Below, piece by piece: positions 48,522-55,112 of a stretch of DNA of 55,112 bases (positions are counted from its first letter, which is position 1; each line of letters starts with the position of its first letter). A model generated the notes under the pieces. That model ran no database searches. It worked only from the letters and a program-made list of their open reading frames with translations, and had not been told where the DNA came from. The translations under genes and the position numbers were made by a program. Origin of the DNA: an uncultured Burkholderiales Genera incertae sedis bacterium (GTDB taxonomy: Bacteria; Pseudomonadota; Gammaproteobacteria; Burkholderiales; Eutrophovitaceae); NCBI GenBank assembly GCA_905478365.1, contig CAJQIK010000028.1, positions 1 through 55,112 of the forward strand, given 5' to 3'.

Positions 48522-50087
48522 TTAGTGCCTAAAGTGGCGCGTCCCGGTTAAAACCATAGCGATGCCATGTTCGTTTGCCGCCGCAATAACTTCATCATCT
48601 CTCACGCTGCCTCCAGGTTGAATAACTGCTGTGGCTCCAGCGTTTTTAAGCACATCCAATCCATCTCGAAATGGAAAGAATGCATCCGACGCAACCACTG
48701 AATCCGAGAGACTCAGATTTGCATTCTCCGCCTTAATGCTGGCTATTCGCGCAGAGTCTATACGACTCATCTGCCCCGCTCCTACGCCCAAGGTCATGCC
48801 GTTTCCACAAAATACAATCGCATTGGATTTTACGAATTTTGCGACACGCCAAGCAAACATCAGATTCGTTATTTGTTCTGCAGACGGTTTAATTTTTGTG
48901 ACTATTTTCAGGTCGCCCTCTAATACGTGCTTTGCATCGGAGCTTTGCACTAACATACCGCCCCCAACCCGTTTATAGTCATGTTCATTCACGGATTGAT
49001 TCAGGTCGATTTGGAGTAATCGAACATTTTTCTTTCCCGAAAAATAGGCCTTAGCTTCATCAGAGAACATTGGTGCGATTACCACTTCAACGAATTGGTT
49101 ACCGATCGCAATAGCAGTATGCTCATCAACCGCTGTATTGAAAGCAATAATGCCACCGAATGCAGAAGTAGGATCCGTACTAAAGGCTTTTTGGTATGCT
49201 TTTAACGCATTCTCTCCTATGGCTGCGCCGCAAGGATTTGCATGCTTGACGATGACGCAAGCGGGCTCGCTAAAACTTTTAACGCATTCCCAGGCTGCAT
49301 CCGAGTCTGCAATATTATTGTACGAGAGCTCTTTACCTTGAATTTGTTTGTAATTTGCTAGAGCTCCGGGCAGAGCAGACAAATCTTCATAAAAAGCCGC
49401 TTGTTGGTGTGGATTTTCCCCATATCGGAGGTCTTCGCTTTTCCGAAAATTTATGTTTATTTGCTCCGGAAACTTATGTTTGTTTCCTTGTATATCTATC
49501 GCTGTAAGGTAGTTGCTTACATTAGAGTCATATGACGCTGTGTGCGAGAATGCTTGTTTACAAAGTGTGAAGCGCGTTTCTCTTGAGAGCACTCCTGCTT
49601 GAGAATCAGTCAACTCAGCAATTACCTTGCTGTAGTCCTCTGGACTAGTAATTACTCCTACATGTTCCCAATTTTTAGCGGCTGCTCTGACCATCGAAGG
49701 GCCGCCTATATCGATATTTTCGATAGCATTTTCAAGAGTACAGCTTGGATCGGCTACAGTTGATGCGAAAGGGTATAAGTTAACCACTACCAAATCGATT
49801 GTTGGTATATCGTGTGCCTTTAGTGATGCGGCGTGTTGCTCGAGATCACGTCGAGCTAAGATACCTGCGTGAACTTTTGGATGGAGTGTTTTTACTCGGC
49901 CATCCAGCATTTCGGGAAATCCCGTGTAGTCGCCGATTTCGGTCACTGAGATGCCTGCGTCGGATAATAGCCTAGCCGTTCCGCCGGTGGATAGAAGTTT
50001 ATAACCAAGACTTTCTAGTGATTGGGCGAACTCGACCACGCCAGTTTTATCGGAGACACTTATTAGGGCTTGTTTAGATGATGACAT
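48522..50087 (-). CDS. purH: Bifunctional AICAR formyltransferase / IMP cyclohydrolase
   Basis: 521 aa. [47 protein letters not shown]-terminal TGTRHFRH. Confidence 0.97.
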   Translation of the reverse strand: MSSSKQALISVSDKTGVVEFAQSLESLGYKLLSTGGTARLLSDAGISVTEIGDYTGFPEMLDGRVKTLHPKVHAGILARRDLEQHAASLKAHDIPTIDLVVVNLYPFASTVADPSCTLENAIENIDIGGPSMVRAAAKNWEHVGVITSPEDYSKVIAELTDSQAGVLSRETRFTLCKQAFSHTASYDSNVSNYLTAIDIQGNKHKFPEQININFRKSEDLRYGENPHQQAAFYEDLSALPGALANYKQIQGKELSYNNIADSDAAWECVKSFSEPACVIVKHANPCGAAIGENALKAYQKAFSTDPTSAFGGIIAFNTAVDEHTAIAIGNQFVEVVIAPMFSDEAKAYFSGKKNVRLLQIDLNQSVNEHDYKRVGGGMLVQSSDAKHVLEGDLKIVTKIKPSAEQITNLMFAWRVAKFVKSNAIVFCGNGMTLGVGAGQMSRIDSARIASIKAENANLSLSDSVVASDAFFPFRDGLDVLKNAGATAVIQPGGSVRDDEVIAAANEHGIAMVLTGTRHFRH

Positions 50088-50118
50088 TGTACGTTTAATA
50101 GTTATAGTTTTAGGTTAA

Positions 50119-50355
50119 TCAAAGGAATTTAAATTTTTTCATTTTTGTTCTGAGCGTGTTGCGGTTAATTCCAAGCATTTCTGCGGCCTCACTCTGATTT
50201 CCCTGGGTGCGCTTTAGAATTTCCTCGATGAGCGTCTTTTCGACGGACTCGATCACCATGCTATATACCCCATGTGCTCGCTCACCTTGCAGATCTTTAA
50301 AGTAGATCTCTATTGAATGTTTTACAGCTTCTGAGAGATTAGTTGACTTACTCAT
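50119..50355 (-). CDS. fis: Fis-family nucleoid-associated DNA-binding protein
   Basis: 78 aa. The C-terminal HTH is GNQSEAAEMLGINRNTLRTKMKKF. It overlaps the dusB stop by 4 nt, the conserved dusB-fis operon arrangement. Confidence 0.85.
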   Translation of the reverse strand: MSKSTNLSEAVKHSIEIYFKDLQGERAHGVYSMVIESVEKTLIEEILKRTQGNQSEAAEMLGINRNTLRTKMKKFKFL

Positions 50356-51353
50356 GCCACAGCTTTGTCATCTATTAGGTTTTGCTGATATACCATTTGA
50401 TCCAGAAACTCAATTATGGCGTTCACTTGTGTTTTTCCACTTTCAAGTGCATTGAATACTGATCGAAATTCTCTGGACCCCGGTAGATCGCCGAGGTACC
50501 AGCTCACATGTTTGCGAGCCAATCGAACTGCTCTTTCTTCCCCGTAAAAATTATATAGTTCGCCTAAATGTTCTAAAAGAATATCTTTTCTTTCATTAAT
50601 AGTTGGGGGCGGCATCTCTTCCTTAGTTCTAAGGTAATGCGCAATTTCCCGAAAAATCCAGGGACTACCTTGGGCCGCCCGACCAATCATGACCGCATCT
50701 GCGTGCGTGAATTTAAGTACTTCAAATGCTTTTTTTGGTGAATCGATGTCACCATTAGCGATAATAGGAATTTTAATTGCAGACTTTACTTCCGCAATGG
50801 TCTCGTATTCTGCGACTCCATTGAAAAAATCATTTCTTGTTCGACCATGTATCGTGAGCGCTTGTATCCCATGTTCTTCCGCAATCTTAGCGATTTGAAT
50901 TGCATTTTTTGATTCTTCACTCCATCCGGTACGTATTTTTAGGGTTACCGGAATATCTACCGAGGTTACAACAGTGTGTAGTATTGATGCTACGAGTGGC
51001 TCGTCCCTCAGTAATGCCGATCCTGCCGCCGCCTTGCATACTTTCTTTGCTGGGCAGCCCATATTGATATCAATTATTTCTGCCCCAAGATCTGCATTAA
51101 GTTTCGCTGCCTCTGCCATTTGTAATGGGTTAGTTCCTGCAATTTGTACAGCCCTTGGCGCATCTTCGCCAATATGATTAAGTCGAAATTGTGTTTTTTT
51201 TGATTTCCATAGTTTTGTGTTTGACGTGACCATCTCGGATACAGCAAGCGCGGCACCCAGTTTTCTGCAAAGATTTCGGAAAGGCTGATCGGTTACTCCC
51301 GCCATTGGGGCAGCGATTACGGGCGACTCTAGCAGGTGGGGACCGATTTTCAT
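50352..51353 (-). CDS. dusB: tRNA-dihydrouridine synthase B
   Basis: The ATG at 51353 gives MKIGPHLLESPVIAAPMAGVTDQPFR, which matches E. coli DusB MRIGQYQLRNRLIAAPMAGITD. INMGCPAKKV is present. The TTG at 51395 in the ORF track is less likely. Confidence 0.92.
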   Translation of the reverse strand: MKIGPHLLESPVIAAPMAGVTDQPFRNLCRKLGAALAVSEMVTSNTKLWKSKKTQFRLNHIGEDAPRAVQIAGTNPLQMAEAAKLNADLGAEIIDINMGCPAKKVCKAAAGSALLRDEPLVASILHTVVTSVDIPVTLKIRTGWSEESKNAIQIAKIAEEHGIQALTIHGRTRNDFFNGVAEYETIAEVKSAIKIPIIANGDIDSPKKAFEVLKFTHADAVMIGRAAQGSPWIFREIAHYLRTKEEMPPPTINERKDILLEHLGELYNFYGEERAVRLARKHVSWYLGDLPGSREFRSVFNALESGKTQVNAIIEFLDQMVYQQNLIDDKAVA

Positions 51354-51412
51354 AAGGTTTTTTATTTTAGTAATCCTAGATTTTAAAGGATCCAAAGAAA
51401 TTTACGAAACAG

Positions 51413-52570
51413 TCATAGTTTCGGTCCAAAAATTAACTGACGAATAATTATTTTTTTCGCAAGAGGTATCAAGTCGAGCCCTAAAAGTCCGAGGCCTCTT
51501 GCTCCTAATAATTTACTGGAAAAGAATCGGTTTAGTCCCGCACTGAAGAGGGTTGTTTGAAGGCGGTCCCAGCGACGCTTTCGTCGAAACGTACGTACGG
51601 TATTGTCAGTAATGAGATCCTCTGCCTTAATATCTCGACACACGTCTGCAAGATCCCATGCGTCTCGAAAACCCAAGTTTAGGCCTTGCGCTGCTATTGG
51701 GTGCAGCGCTTGTGAGGCGTTTCCAATAACAACAATACCGCCGTTCGAGGGTTGCTCGGCGATACGAGTGGCCAAGCTATAAGTGCTTTTTTCGCGAATA
51801 GAGGTAAATCTCCCACAGCGATCCCCAAACGCATTTTGAAAGGCTTCCAAAAACTGACTTTCTGGTTGATTTAACAAGTCATCGCTTTCATGCCTCGGAA
51901 CCGACCAAACAAAGGCATATTCATCTCCGCGCGGCAACAGCGCAATAGGTCCTGTGCTGGTAAATCTTTCGTAGGCTATATCTCGAGGAGTAGAGTCACT
52001 CGTGATGATTCCTACAATTGCGTCATGACCGTGATCGATCGCTTTTTTGTGTTTGAGCCCTGCTATATTTAACGACTGTCCCCCGTCAGCCATCACGATC
52101 AAACGGGCGGTGACTGTCGAGATCACGCCGTTCATATCAAGAGTAATTTCAGAGTAATCCTTGTGTTTTTGGATTGACGTGGCCGAAGTCTGGAAGAGGG
52201 TTTTGACTTTCTGCTGGCTTAATGCTTCTCTCAAGCGCGGCAAAAGATCTTTAAAGCGAACCACGTATCCTAATTCAGACAATTGAACATCTGGCCCTGA
52301 GACAACGCTTTGCCCGAAATGTCCGCGATCTGAAATTTGAATGCTCCGAATTGGAAATCGCTCTTCATCGGTTAGCCAAGCATTTAGTTCGTCAAGAATT
52401 AGATAGCTATTCCATGAGAGCGCTAAAGTACGGCCATCGGAAATTTTTGATTGTTGGGGCTGCACTTCCAAAACCGCTGTAGATAACCCAATTTGTTTCA
52501 TGGCGAGTGCCGCTACACATCCAACCGGTCCGGCTCCTATAATTAAAACGTCGTATTGAGTCTTCGACAT
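51413..52570 (-). CDS. FAD-dependent monooxygenase of the UbiH/UbiF/VisC/COQ6 family (ubiquinone ring hydroxylase type)
   Basis: 385 aa. DVLIIGAGPVGCVAAL (GxGxxG), DGGQS, and GNASQALHPIAAQGLNLGFRD, typical of Ubi hydroxylases. Confidence 0.8.
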   Translation of the reverse strand: MSKTQYDVLIIGAGPVGCVAALAMKQIGLSTAVLEVQPQQSKISDGRTLALSWNSYLILDELNAWLTDEERFPIRSIQISDRGHFGQSVVSGPDVQLSELGYVVRFKDLLPRLREALSQQKVKTLFQTSATSIQKHKDYSEITLDMNGVISTVTARLIVMADGGQSLNIAGLKHKKAIDHGHDAIVGIITSDSTPRDIAYERFTSTGPIALLPRGDEYAFVWSVPRHESDDLLNQPESQFLEAFQNAFGDRCGRFTSIREKSTYSLATRIAEQPSNGGIVVIGNASQALHPIAAQGLNLGFRDAWDLADVCRDIKAEDLITDNTVRTFRRKRRWDRLQTTLFSAGLNRFFSSKLLGARGLGLLGLDLIPLAKKIIIRQLIFGPKL

Positions 52571-52578
52571 GATTTCAT

Positions 52579-53877
52579 TTAGGCTGACATGAGCGATTCG
52601 ATGTCATTGATTGTTTTTGGCACCCCAGAGGTAATAATTTCACAACCGCTATCTTGGTTGACGATTGCATCATCTTCGATACGGATGCCAATGTTCCAGA
52701 ACTGCTCTGGTATATCGGGGGCGCTGCGGATGTAACATCCGGGCTCTATGGTTAAAACCATTCCCGGTTCGAGGCTTCGCCATTGTCCATCGTCCTTGTA
52801 GTTCCCCACATCGTGAACATCTCTTCCAAGCCAGTGCCCAGTCCTATGCATGTAATACCTGGAGTATTCCCGGTTCTCCAAAACTTTGTCGAGAGAGCCA
52901 TGACAGAGTTTCAAGTCAATAAATCCTTGTGCGAGCACTTTAGTTGCCGCATCGTGGGGCGCTTGCCAACTGTTACCACGAGATGTGGCTTCCATCGCTG
53001 CTTGCTGTGCGTCCAGAACAAGTTCGTAAATCATTCTTTGTGGCCCAGAGAATTTGCCGCTTACGGGAAAGGTGCGGGTAATATCTGACGCATAGCCATC
53101 CAGTTCGCATCCCGCGTCAATGAGTAATAAATCCCCATCATTTAGCACAGCATTATTCTCAATATAGTGGAGTACACAGGCATTTTTACCGCCTGCGACG
53201 ATCGACGTATAGGCAGGAAATTGAGAGCCTTTCTTTTTAAAATGATAGAGCAGCTCAGCTTCAATTTCATATTCATATTTTTCTGGCTTAGTCGCTAACA
53301 TTGCATTTACATGAGCCTCAGCTGATATTTTCGCCGCCCGTCGCATGACGTCGAGTTCGTCTGGATCTTTGATAAGTCTCATCTCGTCCAGTATTTCTCT
53401 AACGTCGATAAGACTTGCCGGCGCAGTGATGCCTTCTCGTGCTCGAGATCTCGTCTTGTTTAACCAGCCCATCATTTTATTATCCCAATTGGATTCAATA
53501 CCAATGGGCGTAAAGATGGCATCTTTATTTTCTATTAGCTGAGGAAGGATTTTATCTATCTCATCGATCGCAAAGGTGTCATCAAAGTTAAATTGAGTTT
53601 TTGCCTCCTCAGGGCCATAACGAAAACCGTCCCATATTTCTCGCTCTTCGTGTTTCGCCCGACAAAAAAGGATAGACCGAGACGGTTTGCCACCAATCAC
53701 AACGACGACAGACTCGGGTTCATTAAATCCAGTGAGGTAGTGAAAATAGCTATCAAACCGATAGGGGAAATGAGCATCTTTATTCCTTATCCTTTCAGCG
53801 GCTGTTGGAATAACAGCGATTCCAAATTTTATCGCTGAGGCGAGTTCGTGACGTCTTCGTACAAATTGAGTTTTCAT
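52579..53877 (-). CDS. pepP: Xaa-Pro aminopeptidase (aminopeptidase P)
   Basis: 432 aa. N-terminal AMP_N domain (FRQ-type: PYRFDSYFHYLTGF). M24 metal ligands are in context: LIDAGCELDGYASDITRT, HRTGHWLGRDVHD, LTIEPG, IRIEDD. Confidence 0.9.
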   Translation of the reverse strand: MKTQFVRRRHELASAIKFGIAVIPTAAERIRNKDAHFPYRFDSYFHYLTGFNEPESVVVVIGGKPSRSILFCRAKHEEREIWDGFRYGPEEAKTQFNFDDTFAIDEIDKILPQLIENKDAIFTPIGIESNWDNKMMGWLNKTRSRAREGITAPASLIDVREILDEMRLIKDPDELDVMRRAAKISAEAHVNAMLATKPEKYEYEIEAELLYHFKKKGSQFPAYTSIVAGGKNACVLHYIENNAVLNDGDLLLIDAGCELDGYASDITRTFPVSGKFSGPQRMIYELVLDAQQAAMEATSRGNSWQAPHDAATKVLAQGFIDLKLCHGSLDKVLENREYSRYYMHRTGHWLGRDVHDVGNYKDDGQWRSLEPGMVLTIEPGCYIRSAPDIPEQFWNIGIRIEDDAIVNQDSGCEIITSGVPKTINDIESLMSA

Positions 53878-53892
53878 GTTGGACCGTAGTGC

Positions 53893-54522
53893 CTATTTTT
53901 TGGGTTGATCGTTAAGCTCTGCTTGCATTAAATCGGCCAGTGAATCGATTGTCTTGGGTTCACTTTTTCGAAGAGTGGCAATCAATTTTTCAATATCTGA
54001 ACTTTCCTTGTTTTGGGATAACTTAAATTTCGAATCAATGTTTATAATTTTAGCGTGAAAACACATTACTCCCTCTGCTGCCTTCTTGATCAATTCAGCG
54101 TATTCCTCCGACTCCGCATAATGGGAAAAATTCCGATCAAAGTGTCTCGTAAGCTTATCGAGTAGTGTGACGACCGTCTCTTGAGCGTTAATTAAAAAAA
54201 CCTCAGCTTTGACTTCAACAACTGCGTAATTCCATGTGGGAAGGTGGGGTTTCGTGACGTACCAAGCCGGTGATATATATCCGTGCGGACCTTGAAATAG
54301 AAACGTTGTCGTATTGGATTTTTGGAATTTATGCCAAATATTATTCTGAAGCGCAAAGTGACCTTCCAATTGGTGTTCTTCTTGATTCATTAAAACGGGC
54401 GTCATAGCAATCTCTGGATCCTCCCCGGGCCCAGTAATCACTGTAGCCAATGGGTTCTGCTCGATTACTTGCATTGATCGTTTGTAACTTTTCGATCGAA
54501 AATGTTGTGGCCGATACATCAT
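53893..54522 (-). CDS. FMN-binding negative transcriptional regulator (PaiB family)
   Basis: 209 aa. MYRPQHF...NPLATVIT...HFALQN..W...FQGPHGYISPAWY...PTWNY.VV...G matches the PaiB pattern. Confidence 0.75.
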   Translation of the reverse strand: MMYRPQHFRSKSYKRSMQVIEQNPLATVITGPGEDPEIAMTPVLMNQEEHQLEGHFALQNNIWHKFQKSNTTTFLFQGPHGYISPAWYVTKPHLPTWNYAVVEVKAEVFLINAQETVVTLLDKLTRHFDRNFSHYAESEEYAELIKKAAEGVMCFHAKIINIDSKFKLSQNKESSDIEKLIATLRKSEPKTIDSLADLMQAELNDQPKK

Positions 54523-55112
54523 TGGTTCCGCGCAGAAATAAGTTGATCAATATTCTGTAGCCGCTCTCGAGTCCCCACGTCTGACCAAAGCTCTGTTGCA
54601 AGCTCCCCCAGCATCCGCCCATTGCTAATTTCCCGATTGAGGATCGGTGCGAGTGGCGCAGATTTATTTTCCGGTAGATCACTAAACATTGTCGGTCGAT
54701 AGACGCCAATTCCGCTGAAGGTCACTTTGTTTCCCCCGCTAGTTTGTAGCTGATTTTCGGCTAAGCAAAAGTCCCCATCTAAGTTATGCACTGGATTAGG
54801 GACCATAAAGAGGTATCCTGAGATCTCCGTACTTCTTTTTAAAGTACTTATCGCCTCGTTTAAACGCTCGAATGGCAGCTCGGAGTAAATGTCAGCGTTA
54901 ATGACTGGGAAAATATCGCGATTGATGTGTTTTAGTGCGTTCGCTATACCTCCGGCTGTCTCAAGCGGGGTATTTTCCTCTGAGAGCATAATTTCTGGCC
55001 CCGAGCTGTATTGATCAGCGATAAATTGTTTAATTTGGGGCGCCAGGTGACTGACATTAATTATGATTCGACTAAACCCAGCCGCACTTAATTTCTCAAT
55101 GTGATATTGAAT
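54519..55112 (-). CDS. Nucleotidyltransferase-family protein (sugar-1-phosphate nucleotidylyltransferase, MurU/RmlA-like). C-terminal ~197 aa only; the N-terminus lies beyond the window end.
   Basis: The frame is open to the window edge: IQYHIEKLSAAGFSRIIINVSHLAPQIKQFIADQYSSGPEIMLSEENTPLETAGGIANAL... The ETAGG motif and the fold pattern are present. The M at 54989 in the ORF track is internal. Confidence 0.7.
   Translation of the reverse strand: MQYHIEKLSAAGFSRIIINVSHLAPQIKQFIADQYSSGPEIMLSEENTPLETAGGIANALKHINRDIFPVINADIYSELPFERLNEAISTLKRSTEISGYLFMVPNPVHNLDGDFCLAENQLQTSGGNKVTFSGIGVYRPTMFSDLPENKSAPLAPILNREISNGRMLGELATELWSDVGTRERLQNIDQLISARNQ

Noticed and set aside
1-55112. Scan for tRNA/rRNA genes, CRISPR arrays, IS/transposase genes, toxin-antitoxin pairs and known defence systems
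   Set aside because: Every intergenic gap is about 210 nt or shorter and is accounted for by promoters, terminators or the riboswitch. No repeat-spacer periodicity, inverted terminal repeats or transposase-like ORFs were seen by eye. A computational scan (tRNAscan, Infernal, ISfinder) would be needed for certainty.

Overview
This 55.1-kb window looks like ordinary chromosomal core, not an island. It is densely packed with about 57 protein genes and has roughly 40-45% GC by eye. I saw no tRNA, rRNA, CRISPR, IS or prophage content. Gene content and synteny resemble low-GC Betaproteobacteria: dapF-DUF484-xerC, hslVU, tandem lpxL paralogues next to metK, dusB-fis-purH-purD-hemF, and HslV with an HGTT N-terminus. 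I cannot name a genus. Housekeeping blocks include the SAM cycle (metK, an SAH riboswitch, ahcY), partial methionine salvage (mtnP-apt-mtnA), cell envelope genes (mpl, mtgA, lgt, lpxL x2), purine, haem and ubiquinone synthesis, recG, kup and a five-gene Liv-type ABC importer. Two blocks stand out. (1) At 1-5206, a complete nickel-pincer-nucleotide cofactor operon (larC-larE-larB) is led by a very divergent LarA-superfamily enzyme. It is transcribed divergently from an IlvD/Edd sugar-acid-type dehydratase. I read this as a candidate uncharacterised Ni-pincer-dependent hydroxyacid or aldonate epimerase module. (2) At 31304-35226, an orphan three-subunit molybdenum hydroxylase has coxMSL gene order but a non-CO-dehydrogenase active-site loop. 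It is followed by a MoaD/ThiS-like beta-grasp protein with an atypical Gly-Ala-Gly C-terminus and no classical maturation genes. All calls come from reading the translations and the DNA by eye, with no database search, so family assignments rest on recalled motifs.
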